From assembly GCA_002070275.1 (NCBI GenBank), contig MWCY01000011.1, positions 19,847 to 83,846 on the forward strand: a DNA stretch of 64,000 bases. The letters run 5' to 3'. Below the pieces are notes generated by a model that was given only the letters and a program-made list of their open reading frames with translations, did no database searches and was not told the DNA's origin. The translations under genes and the position numbers were made by a program. The stretch's first letter is position 1. Every line of letters starts with the position of its first letter. This DNA is from Candidatus Hydrogenedentes bacterium ADurb.Bin170. Lineage in GTDB: Bacteria; Hydrogenedentota; Hydrogenedentia; Hydrogenedentales; CAITNO01. Below are positions 1-10,247 of this stretch, one piece after another.

Positions 1-208
1 TCCGCAGCCCGATGAGCGAGCTTTTTCTTTCGGATTCAGAGCCCATGAGGCTTACATAAACATTGGCATAGCGCAGGTCCTTCGACATGCGTACCCCCAT
101 AACGGAAACGAATCCGATACGCGGGTCTTTGATCCCCCGGGAAATCAGCCGTGCCACTTCTTCCTGGATCAATGCGCCGACACGGGCGATCCTGCCTTTA
201 CCATTCAT
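1..208 (-). CDS. rbfA: ribosome-binding factor A (partial, runs off window start)
   Basis: Manual rc translation: MNGKGRIARVGALIQEEVARLISRGIKDPRIGFVSVMGVRMSKDLRYANVYVSLMG... matches the RbfA signature. The ATG overlaps the DUF503 stop (ATGA). Confidence 0.8.
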   Translation of the reverse strand, partial: MNGKGRIARVGALIQEEVARLISRGIKDPRIGFVSVMGVRMSKDLRYANVYVSLMGSESERKSSLIGLR

Positions 209-486
209 AACATCTCTATCCTGTAATCCGTCAGCACAGCCCGATGATCCTGACCGGCAAAAGCGGCAACACTGCTCAGCTGGCTGTTAACATGGCGGAC
301 ATCATTTCCGATAATGCATACTGCCAGCATGGCGCTTTGCCACAAGTCCGGATCGCCCAACTCCACAACAGAAGCATTAAAACGGTTCTGTATTCTTTCT
401 TTCAGACTCTTTACTGCACGCCGCCGGTCTTTGAGTGAACGCGATTCCGGCAAGGCGAGATCAAGATAAAGCACGCCTATGGTCAC
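205..486 (-). CDS. DUF503 (YlxP-like) protein
   Basis: The 93-aa [47 protein letters not shown] matches the DUF503/ylxP family, which sits between infB and rbfA in Firmicutes-like operons. Confidence 0.75.
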   Translation of the reverse strand: MTIGVLYLDLALPESRSLKDRRRAVKSLKERIQNRFNASVVELGDPDLWQSAMLAVCIIGNDVRHVNSQLSSVAAFAGQDHRAVLTDYRIEML

Positions 487-3440
487 AGGGCATCGGTGTC
501 CAGTGTTTTGGCGATCTGCTCGATCTTGTATGTTTCGATGATGTCGCCTTCCTGAATATCCTCATAGTGTTCCAGTTTGATACCGCATTCGAAACCGGCG
601 GTAATCGCTTTCACGTCATCTTTATGACGCCGCAAAGACGCGATTTTACCCTGATACTTGATCACGCCGTCACGGACAAGCCGCGCCAGGGCATTGCGGG
701 TCGTTTCACCGTCGGTCTGGTAACAGCCGGCGATCTTGCCTAATGCGGAAGAGGTGAAGACGTTCCGCACTTCTGCATGACCGACCACCACTTCTTTGCT
801 TTCCGGTGTGAGCATCCCTTCCACAGCGCTGCGGACTTCGTTCAGGGCATCGTAAATCACCCTGTACTGCCGGATATCCACGCCGGTCTGTTCCGCAATC
901 TTTTTCACCTTGGCATTGGCGGTAACATTGAAGCCGATAATGATGGACTGGCTGGAGATGGCAAGATCCACATCGGACTCGGTCACGCCGCCGACCCCGG
1001 CATGCACGATATGGATGGACACTTCTGCCGTACGGAGATCAGCGGAGAACATGTTCTGCAGCGCATCCACAGAGCCCTGCACATCGGCCTTGATAATAAG
1101 ATTAAGTACTTTCTGTTCCTGCCCTTCCATGCGTGCATGAAAATCTTCGAGCGACATCTGGCGCACGGCGGGTCCCCGCTTGCTCCGGGCAAGATGCAGC
1201 CGTTTTTCCGCCACGTCCCGGGCAATGCGTTCGTCCGGAGTGACAATAAACACTTCACCCGCATCGGCAGGCATGTTGAAACCGGTAACGACAACGGGTG
1301 TGGACGGTCCCGCTTCCTGCACTTCCACGCCTCTGCAGTCAATCATGGAACGCACACGCCCATGGGCTGTTCCGGCGAGGAAGGCATCGCCGATCCGCAA
1401 GGTTCCTTCCTGCACGAGCACCCACGCCACAGGCCCCAGTCCCATGGACAATTCAGATTCGATAATGGTGCCTTTGGCGCGCTTCTTGGGATTGGCCCTC
1501 AGTTCCAGCATTTCCGCCTGAAGCACAAGCATTTCCATGAGCTCATCCACGCCCTGGTTCATCTTGGCGCTGATATTTTTCATAATCGTCTTGCCGCCCC
1601 AGGCTTCGTCCAGAAGCTCATACTGGGTAAGCTCCTGGCGGATGCGGTCGGGCTGCGCCGATTCTACATCGCACTTGTTGATGGCTACCACAATGGGCAC
1701 ATCCGCCGCTTTGGCATGATGGATCGCCTCGACCGTCTGGGGCTTCACGCCGTCATTCGCTGCCACGACCAGAACGACCACATCGGTGACGTGTGCGCCG
1801 CGGGCGCGCATTTGCGCAAAAGCCTGGTGTCCGGGCGTGTCCAGAAATGTGACTTTGTTATCCTGTACTTTGATGTCGTAGGCAGCAATGTGCTGGGTAA
1901 TTCCTCCAGCTTCTCCTTCCACCACTTTGGTCGACCGGATTGTATCCAATAGGGATGTCTTTCCATGATCGACGTGTCCCATCACCGTAACTACAGGCGG
2001 ACGCGGGATCAGATCGGCAGGATCGTCTTCCTCTTCTTTGAAAATCGCTTCCTCTTCGGGAATTGCCACTTCGACTTCAAAATTAAATTTCGACGCAATG
2101 TGGCGAACCATTTCAATATCGAGACTCTGGTTTTTCGTCAGAAGGACATTGTCTTCCATCAGCGCCAGAATAACTTCGTTAACAGGCAGATTCATGAGAC
2201 CGGCAAGGGCTTCGACAGTTACTTCTGTTTCGACTTCGATGGTGCCGCCGATTGAAGATTCGGGTGTGCTGATGGCTTGTTCCTCACGTTTTCTTTTACG
2301 TTTTTTCCGTGATCCGCTAAATCCGGTACCGCTCCGGAACTCCCGGATTGCCGCTTCTGTTTCACGACGCATACCATCTTCACGAAGTCGCGTACGGTCT
2401 ACTTTCTTCACCTTTTTACGACGATCTTTGTCGCCCTCCGCTGAAACCTCTTTCAACGGTGCCTGGGCAATCAAATTCGCTTTTGCCGTTTCCGGCTCAG
2501 CGGCTTTTCCGGCATCAGTGACCCGTCTGCCGCCACGGGGCGCGGGCGGTTCGGAAGCACGACGTTTACGCTCTGCATCACGTTCAAGAACAGCACGCAG
2601 CACTTCGGGATCGGCCTGAATGGTTGAGAGGACGGGACCTTGGGGCTCCGGAGGCTGCTGCAGTCTCCGTGCCTGCCTGCGCTGCTCCTCTTCGTGGCGT
2701 TTTTCCGCCTGAGCAAGCACCCCTGTGCCTTGAGTCTCTTCAAGTGACTGAATCCGGCTCTCCCGGCGTTCCAGATCGGCGAGGCGCTCTTCTTCGGATT
2801 CCTCTATGATTTCAGCGACCACTTTGGCAGGGTGCGCGTGTTCCTCTTCCGGTTCCGGCGCGGAGGGCTCCGGTGTTTCGTCAGCAGGTGCTTCTTCAGC
2901 TTCAGCAGCAGGCGTTTCCACCACTTCTGCCACTTCCGGTTCGGGTACCGCCAGAATTTCCGCTTCGTCTGCTTGCGGGGCAGGTGTCACTTCTTCATCA
3001 ATGATTTCAGCAACAGCACTTTCTGCCGCTTCTTCCTCTACTATTGCGTCCGCTTTTGCTTTGGGTTTGGCTTTGGATTTTGCCTTGGCTGGCGCTTTTG
3101 CCTTTGTTTCTTCTTTTGCTTTGGGCTTCGCCTTAGGCTTGGCTTTGGCGGCGGCTTTAGTCTTCGCTTCCGCTTTCTTTTTAGCAGCCTCTGCCTTTTT
3201 CTTTGCCGCCTCCTTCTCTTTCTTTCGTTCTGCCTCTTCTTCTTCTTTCTCCTGCGCCTTTATTTTTTTCAGCATTTTGTCAAAAATAGAGGGATCGTCG
3301 TCTATATCAAAAAGCAGATCCACAATATTGCCCGGAATAGAGGCATCGATGCTCTCAACTTCTATCTTCAGTTGGCGGAGCATCTCTAAAGCCTTTTCAG
3401 GCTTCCAGCTCAATCCCTGTAAACTTGCAAGGGTATGCAT
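483..3440 (-). CDS. infB: translation initiation factor IF-2 (the ORF track extends to 3629 and overlaps nusA; likely start MHTLASLQ at 3440)
   Basis: GTPase G-domain ([26 protein letters not shown]). Long low-complexity KAKPK/EEA N-terminal region. The order nusA-infB-rbfA is conserved. Confidence 0.95.
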   Translation of the reverse strand: MHTLASLQGLSWKPEKALEMLRQLKIEVESIDASIPGNIVDLLFDIDDDPSIFDKMLKKIKAQEKEEEEAERKKEKEAAKKKAEAAKKKAEAKTKAAAKAKPKAKPKAKEETKAKAPAKAKSKAKPKAKADAIVEEEAAESAVAEIIDEEVTPAPQADEAEILAVPEPEVAEVVETPAAEAEEAPADETPEPSAPEPEEEHAHPAKVVAEIIEESEEERLADLERRESRIQSLEETQGTGVLAQAEKRHEEEQRRQARRLQQPPEPQGPVLSTIQADPEVLRAVLERDAERKRRASEPPAPRGGRRVTDAGKAAEPETAKANLIAQAPLKEVSAEGDKDRRKKVKKVDRTRLREDGMRRETEAAIREFRSGTGFSGSRKKRKRKREEQAISTPESSIGGTIEVETEVTVEALAGLMNLPVNEVILALMEDNVLLTKNQSLDIEMVRHIASKFNFEVEVAIPEEEAIFKEEEDDPADLIPRPPVVTVMGHVDHGKTSLLDTIRSTKVVEGEAGGITQHIAAYDIKVQDNKVTFLDTPGHQAFAQMRARGAHVTDVVVLVVAANDGVKPQTVEAIHHAKAADVPIVVAINKCDVESAQPDRIRQELTQYELLDEAWGGKTIMKNISAKMNQGVDELMEMLVLQAEMLELRANPKKRAKGTIIESELSMGLGPVAWVLVQEGTLRIGDAFLAGTAHGRVRSMIDCRGVEVQEAGPSTPVVVTGFNMPADAGEVFIVTPDERIARDVAEKRLHLARSKRGPAVRQMSLEDFHARMEGQEQKVLNLIIKADVQGSVDALQNMFSADLRTAEVSIHIVHAGVGGVTESDVDLAISSQSIIIGFNVTANAKVKKIAEQTGVDIRQYRVIYDALNEVRSAVEGMLTPESKEVVVGHAEVRNVFTSSALGKIAGCYQTDGETTRNALARLVRDGVIKYQGKIASLRRHKDDVKAITAGFECGIKLEHYEDIQEGDIIETYKIEQIAKTLDTDAL
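2980..3260 (-). repeat. low-complexity coding repeats (Lys/Ala/Pro/Glu-rich) in the infB N-terminal region
   Basis: Repetitive gcttt(g/t)gc(c/t)tt(g/t)g DNA encoding [11 protein letters not shown] / [10 protein letters not shown]. Confidence 0.7.
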
Positions 3441-3522
3441 TCTTTTTCTATCTCCTGATCTGCCTTTGCGCCCTTTTTGACTTACGGCAGCTGATACGCC
3501 ACTTTGACAACAGGCGAAAAAA

Positions 3523-4683
3523 CTATTCTGTATCCGTGTCAGAAACTGTTTCGCTGCCGCCGTCACCTTTTTCGGAAAGTTCATTCTCCGGTCCGTCTTT
3601 TTCTTTCTCTTTATGGTTTTCGGGCACATTCCCTTCCATCTGACTGAGGGATTCAGAGTCCCCTCTTATATCGATATTCCAGCCAATCAGCTGTGAAGCA
3701 AGCCGGGCATTCTGTCCTGATTTTCCTATAGCAAGAGACAGCTGTTCCTGTGGCACCTGCACATGAATGCGCTTCATGTCCTCATTCATGCGGATGTCCA
3801 GAATGTCGGCGGGGTTCAGCGCATTGATGCACAGCTGCATCGGATCGCTGTTCCAGCGGATCACATCGATTTTCTCTCCGTTAAGCTCTTCCACGACGGC
3901 ACGCACCCGGGAGCCTTTCAGCCCCACACAGGCACCTACCGCATCCACATTGGGATCATTGGATGCCACGGCGATTTTTGTGCGGTTCCCCGCATCTCTC
4001 GCAATTGCTTTGATCTTGACGGTGCCGTCCCTGATTTCCGGAACTTCGTGTTCGAACAACGCCTCAACCAGTTCAGGCGCATTGCGTGAAAGGATCACCT
4101 TGGCACCCTTGCTGGCACGGTCCACTTCCAGAATGATGGCACGGATTCTGTCTCCGACCTTATATCGTTCCCGGGGCGACTGCTCTCTGTAGCGCAGCAC
4201 CGCTTCCACCTGCCCCACGGTGATAAACAGATTCCGATGGTCGTCAATATTCTTTACGGAACCGACGACCAGATCGCCTTCATGCTGTTTGAAATCCTGA
4301 AAGATCCGTTCCCGTTCCGCTTCCCGGATTTTCTGGGCGATCATCTGGCGCGCCGCCTGAGCTGCAATACGCCCGAAATCCGCCGGGGCAGCGGGCACTT
4401 TCAGTTTGTTGCCCACCACCACGTCGGGATTCAGTTTCAATGCATCTTCGAGAGCGATTTCTGAACTGGGATCCTGGACCGTTTCCGTTACAAGCCTGAT
4501 TTCAAACACTTTAAATGACAGAGGCTGTCTTTCAACTTCCACAGACACATGAGCCACTTTTTTATGCATGGCTCTACCCGCTGCCGTTTCAATGGCCCCA
4601 CGAATGGCTTCAATCAGCGTGTCCATATCCAGGCTTTTCTCGGCTTCAAGCTGTTGCAGGATCATTTTCATGTTTTCTGTCAA
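3523..4683 (-). CDS. nusA: transcription termination/antitermination factor NusA
   Basis: 386 aa with S1 and KH domains (GACVGLKGSRVRAVVEEL, IDVIRW, LAIGKSGQNARLASQL) and an acidic tail. Confidence 0.9.
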   Translation of the reverse strand: MTENMKMILQQLEAEKSLDMDTLIEAIRGAIETAAGRAMHKKVAHVSVEVERQPLSFKVFEIRLVTETVQDPSSEIALEDALKLNPDVVVGNKLKVPAAPADFGRIAAQAARQMIAQKIREAERERIFQDFKQHEGDLVVGSVKNIDDHRNLFITVGQVEAVLRYREQSPRERYKVGDRIRAIILEVDRASKGAKVILSRNAPELVEALFEHEVPEIRDGTVKIKAIARDAGNRTKIAVASNDPNVDAVGACVGLKGSRVRAVVEELNGEKIDVIRWNSDPMQLCINALNPADILDIRMNEDMKRIHVQVPQEQLSLAIGKSGQNARLASQLIGWNIDIRGDSESLSQMEGNVPENHKEKEKDGPENELSEKGDGGSETVSDTDTE

Positions 4684-4707
4684 GACAATCTCCTCAGGCG
4701 GGGCAGA

Positions 4708-5166
4708 TCAGAGATCCAGCCGTGCCTTCTTGATATTTTCCAGATGCAGAGCCACTTCAGCATTGCCCATCTGTATCCGGATAAGATCGCCATCCAATGC
4801 ACGCAGAACGCCTCGAAACCGGGAGCGGCCGTCAACCGGCGCCCGGGTTTCCACCCGGACAGGCTGCCCGCAGTAGCGTTCAAAATGAGACGCTTTGCGC
4901 AGGGGCCGGCTGATACCGGGCGATGACACTTCAAGCATATAGCGACCATCCAGAAAATCGGCACTGTCCAGCAGCGGGTCCATCATCTGGGATGCACGTG
5001 TGCATTCGTCCATCGTGATACCCGAGCCTTCTTTATCTATAAAAACCCGCAGCAGCGGCGCACCGCCCTGCCGGGACATTTCCACTTCCACCAGCTCGAA
5101 ACCGAGTTGCTGCAAGTCTCCTTCCAGCAACTGCCACAGCTGACGCACCAGGGCATCTGTTTCCAC
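4708..5166 (-). CDS. rimP: ribosome maturation factor RimP (probable GTG start at 5166; the ORF track extends to 5271)
   Basis: LGFELVEVEM...LRVFIDKEGGITMDEC...LEVSSPGISRPL matches RimP. An AGGAAAGG RBS precedes the GTG. Confidence 0.7.
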   Translation of the reverse strand: METDALVRQLWQLLEGDLQQLGFELVEVEMSRQGGAPLLRVFIDKEGSGITMDECTRASQMMDPLLDSADFLDGRYMLEVSSPGISRPLRKASHFERYCGQPVRVETRAPVDGRSRFRGVLRALDGDLIRIQMGNAEVALHLENIKKARLDL

Positions 5167-5361
5167 GGAACATGCCTTTCCTGCCCTGAAACACAAAAAA
5201 CACAAACAAAAAAAGTGGGCCAAGACCCACTTGTCACGGTCGCTATCTGTTACCAGTACAATAACATACATACCGGTAAAAGTGCAACCGATTTCTGCTT
5301 ACGCCTCCGTAAAATCAGGGCAGATTTACGAAGTTTCAGCAGATCCTTATTGTGCTTGGGG

Positions 5362-6036
5362 TTATACCATCATTACTACAAGATTCCGGTTGGATGTTTT
5401 GTCGGTTCGATAACTGAAAAACACACCGCCGCACACAGTACAGTGGGGCACAATATGAATATTGTGCCTGAAAACGCCCGCTTTTTCAAGTTGCGCACTG
5501 TTTGTGCCGGGGATATCGAGAAAGCGGTCCCGGCAGGCATACCCCGCCCTATGCCACTGCGCCGCCAACTCCGGAGAGACTTCGTAGCAGCAGCCATGGG
5601 CGCAGGGTCCGATCAGCGCCACAAGAGAAGAAGGCTGCGACCCGAAACGGTGCGTCAGAAGTGCCACTCCCGTCCCGGCAATATTACGGAAACTTCCCTC
5701 CCTACCGGCATGAAGAAGGCAGCCTGCCCGTACTAAGGGATCAAAAAGCAGCACAGGCGCACAATCCGCCACACTGACCCCTGCTGCGATCCCGGCTTTG
5801 CCCAGGAGTATTCCATCCGCTTCCAAAGAAGCGCCGCGCGCCTCTTCGGCACATACTACGGCAATGCCGTGTACCTGCCGCACCCGGACGGGACGTACGC
5901 CGGGTGCACCGGCCAATGTCATAAACGCTTCTGTATTGGGCACCGCCTCATCACGGCTGCCGCAGTCTCCGTCGCTTTTGTCGGACATTGCGGCAACAGA
6001 CAGCCCCGCCTCCTGCATGAGCGAAAAGTGTATCAT
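5362..6036 (-). CDS. pgeF: YfiH/PgeF family purine nucleoside phosphorylase/laccase-domain protein (DUF152)
   Basis: Motifs QVHG..V, ADG, ADCAPVLL, HAGREG. The track's M at 6054 is a TTG; an internal ATG lies at 6036. Confidence 0.75.
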   Translation of the reverse strand: MIHFSLMQEAGLSVAAMSDKSDGDCGSRDEAVPNTEAFMTLAGAPGVRPVRVRQVHGIAVVCAEEARGASLEADGILLGKAGIAAGVSVADCAPVLLFDPLVRAGCLLHAGREGSFRNIAGTGVALLTHRFGSQPSSLVALIGPCAHGCCYEVSPELAAQWHRAGYACRDRFLDIPGTNSAQLEKAGVFRHNIHIVPHCTVCGGVFFSYRTDKTSNRNLVVMMV

Positions 6037-6050
6037 GGCGCATTTTCGCC

Positions 6051-7439
6051 TCAAAGCACATATTGACTCAAATCGCGTTTTTCCGCGATTTCGGAAATCC
6101 TGCTTTCCACGAACTCCGCCGTGATCAAAACCTGCGTCCCTTTGCGGTTGGATGCATCAAAAGAGATGTCTTCCAGCACATACTCTAAAATCGTATGAAG
6201 CCGCCTTGCGCCGATATCTTCGGTTTCACTGTTCACGCGCTCACAGATTTCCGCAATTTTTACCAGAGCCTCCGGTTCAAAATGCAGGGTGACTTCTTCC
6301 GCTTCAAGCATGGCCTGATATTGTTTGATCAGCGAATACTCCGTCTCGGTGAGAATACGCAAAAAATCATCCCGGCTCAGGCTGTCGAGCTCCACACGTA
6401 TGGGAAAGCGTCCCTGAAGTTCCGGGATCAGATCGGACACCTGGGTCATGTGAAAAGCGCCGGCTGCAATGAAAAGAATGTGATCGGTTCGGACTGAACC
6501 GTATTTCGTCAGTACCGTGCTGCCTTCCACGATGGGGAGGATATCGCGCTGGACACCCTCGCGGGACACGTCGGGACCATGTCCCCGATGCCCACGTCCT
6601 GCTATCTTGTCTATTTCATCCAGAAAAACAATACCGCTGTTTTCTGCATTCTCAACACCGCGCCGCGCGGCAAGGTCCATGTCAATCAGCTCATTGAACG
6701 CTTCCTGCAGAAGCACTTCCCGCGCTTCCGCCACGGTGACCTTTTTCGCTTTCCGCCGTTTCGGCGTCATGTGCCCGAAGACATCCTGCAGATTCATGCC
6801 CATTTCTTCCATGCCGCTGGAAGCAAATATCTGGAGCATGGCGTTGTCCTTGGACTCGGTAACGGTCAGTTCCACTTCCTTGTCTTCCAGATCCCCTGCC
6901 GCCAGTTTGGTTCGGATCAGGTTTCTTGCTTTCTCCTGAGCGGCAGCCCCCCGTTCAACAGGCGGCTCATCTCCGGCATCCGGGTCGGCAGGATTGTATC
7001 CTCCTCTTTCAGCATGCCGCATGGTCGGGGGCAGCAGAAGATCCAGAAGACGCTGCTCCGCCTTTTCCTTTGCCCGGGCTTCACATTCCCCACGCAGCTC
7101 CTCCCGCGCCATTTTCACCGCCACTTCCGTAAGTTCCCGGATCATGGACTCGCAATCCCGTCCCACATAACCCACTTCTGTAAATTTGCTCGCTTCCACT
7201 TTAACAAAGGGCGCTTGTGCAAGTTTGGACAGGCGGCGTGCAATTTCCGTTTTACCGACACCGGTGGTTCCTATCATAATGATATTTTTAGGAACTACTT
7301 CTTCCTGAAGTGCTTCAGGCAGCTGAAGGCGGCGCCAGCGGTTTCGCAGCGCAATCGCAACTTTTCGTTTCGCCTGGGTTTGACCGACAATATATTTGTC
7401 CAGTTCCTGAACAATTTCCTGAGGGGTTAATGACTGCAT
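6051..7439 (-). CDS. hslU: ATP-dependent protease ATPase subunit HslU
   Basis: The N-terminus TPQEIVQELDKYIVGQTQAKRKVAIALRNRWRR, the Walker A motif GTTGVGKTEIARRLSKL and a C-terminal AAA+ lid. Confidence 0.95.
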   Translation of the reverse strand: MQSLTPQEIVQELDKYIVGQTQAKRKVAIALRNRWRRLQLPEALQEEVVPKNIIMIGTTGVGKTEIARRLSKLAQAPFVKVEASKFTEVGYVGRDCESMIRELTEVAVKMAREELRGECEARAKEKAEQRLLDLLLPPTMRHAERGGYNPADPDAGDEPPVERGAAAQEKARNLIRTKLAAGDLEDKEVELTVTESKDNAMLQIFASSGMEEMGMNLQDVFGHMTPKRRKAKKVTVAEAREVLLQEAFNELIDMDLAARRGVENAENSGIVFLDEIDKIAGRGHRGHGPDVSREGVQRDILPIVEGSTVLTKYGSVRTDHILFIAAGAFHMTQVSDLIPELQGRFPIRVELDSLSRDDFLRILTETEYSLIKQYQAMLEAEEVTLHFEPEALVKIAEICERVNSETEDIGARRLHTILEYVLEDISFDASNRKGTQVLITAEFVESRISEIAEKRDLSQYVL

Positions 7440-7487
7440 CGAATTGTCCTCTTCACGGGCATTTTGGAAAGATGATGTAAGCGGGTA

Positions 7488-8603
7488 TTATAACCAGTGC
7501 CTGCGCCGGAAAAAAACCAGCATTCCGCCTGCTATGCACAGGCAAAGCAGGAGCACCAGCGGGTATGCCCAGGGTACATCCAATTCCGGCATATGCCGGA
7601 AATTCATACCGTAAATTCCGGCTATAAACGACATGGGTATAAAAATTGTCGAGATGATGGCGAGGATTTTCATCACTTCGCTCATGCGATTGTTGATGCT
7701 GCTGAGATAGACATCCAGAAGCCCCGATGCCATGTCTCTGAATAATTCCACCGTATCGATGATTTGGACGGTATGGTCGTACAAATCACGGAAATAGGCA
7801 TCTGTATCACGTTTAATCAGCGGATGCCCGTCACGAAGCAGCGCGTTGACTGCCTCACGAAGGGGCCAAAGCGCTTTTCGAAGGAAAAGAAGCTCCCGTT
7901 TCATTTTCTGCAGTTCAGGCACCAGTGCCTGATCGGGCCGATCCAGGGCGCGGCTTTCCAGCCCTTCTATTTCTTCACCCAACAGTTCCAGACACAGAAA
8001 ATACTGATCCACAACAATATCCAGTATCGCATGAAAAAGATAATCCGCACCAAACTCACGAATACGGCCTGCTGCCGTTTCTATGCGATGGATCAGCGGA
8101 TGCAGTATTTTATTGGGCTTCTCCTGAAAACTGATCACCCGTCCGGGCTGCAATATCAGGCTAAGCTGATGCATCACAAGCCCTCTTCCCGACGGATGCG
8201 GCTCCGCCACTTTCAGCACACAAAAAACATACTGCTCGAAAAACTCCGCCTTGGGCCGCTGGTGGGTATTCAGAATATCCTCCAGTGTCAGCGGAAAGAT
8301 TGAAAAACGCTCGCCCGCTTCCTTCAGCAGTGAAACATCATGCAGACCGGTTATATCCAGCCAAACCACTTCCGCCCGGGTATCCGGCTTTGCTGCTTCC
8401 TCGAGAGATATGCCCTTGCGGATGGCATGGTGTTCAGGCCCGAAACAAATCAGCGTAATTTCAGGCACCGCTGTATGAGCGGTGCCGACATGCACCAGTG
8501 AACCGGGCGGCTGCGATCCTTTACTTCCGTAAGGACAGGTTAATTGATGTGACACACCATTTCCCTTTACTCCAGTGGAGACCTGTTTCAAGTAGTATAC
8601 CAC
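7488..8603 (-). CDS. corA: magnesium/cobalt transporter CorA
   Basis: C-terminal two transmembrane helices with the YGMNF motif; 371 aa. Confidence 0.85.
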   Translation of the reverse strand: MVYYLKQVSTGVKGNGVSHQLTCPYGSKGSQPPGSLVHVGTAHTAVPEITLICFGPEHHAIRKGISLEEAAKPDTRAEVVWLDITGLHDVSLLKEAGERFSIFPLTLEDILNTHQRPKAEFFEQYVFCVLKVAEPHPSGRGLVMHQLSLILQPGRVISFQEKPNKILHPLIHRIETAAGRIREFGADYLFHAILDIVVDQYFLCLELLGEEIEGLESRALDRPDQALVPELQKMKRELLFLRKALWPLREAVNALLRDGHPLIKRDTDAYFRDLYDHTVQIIDTVELFRDMASGLLDVYLSSINNRMSEVMKILAIISTIFIPMSFIAGIYGMNFRHMPELDVPWAYPLVLLLCLCIAGGMLVFFRRRHWL

Positions 8604-8651
8604 CTTTATGCGGGCACCGGTGCAGCGAAGGCATCCGGCAGCACCGTCAGA

Positions 8652-9767
8652 TCACCGTTTAGGATCGCCTATCGGATGATCCTGAAGCGGCTGCAGCAGC
8701 GCACCGACGCCTGCACTGAGCTCTTTCGCTTCCGGCTGCCGAAGGACTTCCGCCGTCGATTCCGAAAGATCCCGCATCGGCAGGAGGGCGGAACCGACTG
8801 CGGCGCTGCTTTGGAACGACGAGCTGCCCGGCTTTTCCCCGGAGATCCCGGTTCCGAGCGGGCGGGGCCTTCCTGCGTCTTCCGCATCCAAATGCGCAAG
8901 CTGCGCTTTGATTTCAGTCTGCTGGGGAAAACGCTGCAAAAAGCAAAACATCCCGTTTCTCAACAGGGGCAGATCCTTTTCGTCTGTAAAAGCAGCCGCC
9001 ATCTGCTCCAGAAGCGCCCGGGCTTCGTCGGGGCGTTCCGCATACGTGACCAGACGGTCAAACCAGTGGCTTGCTTCCGTATATCGTTTCTGGCAGATCA
9101 GATTGGCGGTAATCCGGGAAAGGACGGCAGGATTGCCCGGATAAATGTGGACAAGAACAAAATACTCTTTCAGAGCGCCTTCCCAGTCCCCCTGTTTTTC
9201 AAGCTGTGCAGCGTGCTCCAGCTGGGGCGCAGTGGAAATGCCGGGATGATCCGGAAGGATCAGTTCCACCAGAATACGGGACAGCAGCGACACCACCAGA
9301 TGACCGTAAAGCGCCATGCCCGCCACCAGAAGCCCCAGCAGCGTAAAGATAAACAAGGCTATATCATCCTGAATCAACTGCTGCACCGTAATGATTTCGT
9401 AACCGAAAAAGAGAAGCACCATCCCGAGAACAACAAGCTGCCGGCGCACACTCCATTCCTGCTGCAGGTGAAAGCGGACATGGAGGGACCAGATGCCGAC
9501 TCCGAGAAAAAGAGCCAGAATCACCCCTCCGGTGACATAAAAGAAAGGTTGGGTGCTGTCCTGCAGCACATTCATGGAAAAAACATGGATCACTGCATCA
9601 CTTTCTGCGGGCTTCTCCGCCTTGCTATGACAGTAGCGTACTGCAAACACGGGGTAAACAGTCAACCCGGCACGGCTTTCCGTCGCTTTTGTGCCTGCAC
9701 CCGGAAAAATATCGATCCGCCCGGCACATCCCCGGGCTGTGATACCGATCAAAATTGAGCGCATATC
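8652..9767 (-). CDS. hypothetical polytopic membrane protein with TPR-like cytoplasmic region
   Basis: Several hydrophobic helices followed by TPR-like EGALKEYFVLVHIYPGNPAVL. Start chosen at MRSILIGI. Confidence 0.45.
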   Translation of the reverse strand, partial: DMRSILIGITARGCAGRIDIFPGAGTKATESRAGLTVYPVFAVRYCHSKAEKPAESDAVIHVFSMNVLQDSTQPFFYVTGGVILALFLGVGIWSLHVRFHLQQEWSVRRQLVVLGMVLLFFGYEIITVQQLIQDDIALFIFTLLGLLVAGMALYGHLVVSLLSRILVELILPDHPGISTAPQLEHAAQLEKQGDWEGALKEYFVLVHIYPGNPAVLSRITANLICQKRYTEASHWFDRLVTYAERPDEARALLEQMAAAFTDEKDLPLLRNGMFCFLQRFPQQTEIKAQLAHLDAEDAGRPRPLGTGISGEKPGSSSFQSSAAVGSALLPMRDLSESTAEVLRQPEAKELSAGVGALLQPLQDHPIGDPKR

Positions 9768-9877
9768 CCGTGAATTTGCTGTCGCAACGGGGTGCTTTAC
9801 TTGCATAAAAAAGAGAATAACGGTATTATTATTACAGAGATGAAGTCTGAAACCGAGATAGCTAAGGAGCAGCAACC

Positions 9878-10108
9878 ATGAAAAATAGTTCTTTTCTTAA
9901 GTTAGTATTACTGTGCTGCCTGCTGACGGCTGTCCTGTGGGTCAGCACCATGGATGAGGCGCAAGCGCAAACAGCCGATCAGAAACTGGCGCAGCAGAGC
10001 GGACTGGGTTCCAAAAAAATCGATGCAGACAAACTTCCGGGGAAATTGGAATATACCATTGCCATCGGCTCCGTAGTCGCCATGATAGCCGTCGTGAAGT
10101 TTGCCTGA
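9878..10108 (+). CDS. small (76 aa) protein with an N-terminal signal/TM and a C-terminal TM
   Basis: AAGGAG RBS 8 nt upstream. MKNSSFLKLVLLCCLLTAVLWVS ... IAIGSVVAMIAVVKFA. Confidence 0.45.
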   Translation: MKNSSFLKLVLLCCLLTAVLWVSTMDEAQAQTADQKLAQQSGLGSKKIDADKLPGKLEYTIAIGSVVAMIAVVKFA

Positions 10109-10247
10109 AGGGTTGGGATAGCCGCAAAGTGTATCGCAATTCGGTTGCGCAGGCAGATCGGAAACTCCGGTCATCGATGCCGGATCACTTTCAGTTTGGG
10201 AGTTCTGTTGATCAATAAGAGCAGCCGGGTCGCAGGGCCGCCCCGGA

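Noticed and set aside
2806-3480. 224-aa plus-strand Ser/Ala/Gly/Phe-rich ORF
   Set aside because: It is the antisense reading of the repetitive Lys/Ala/Glu-coding N-terminal region of infB, a low-complexity artefact.
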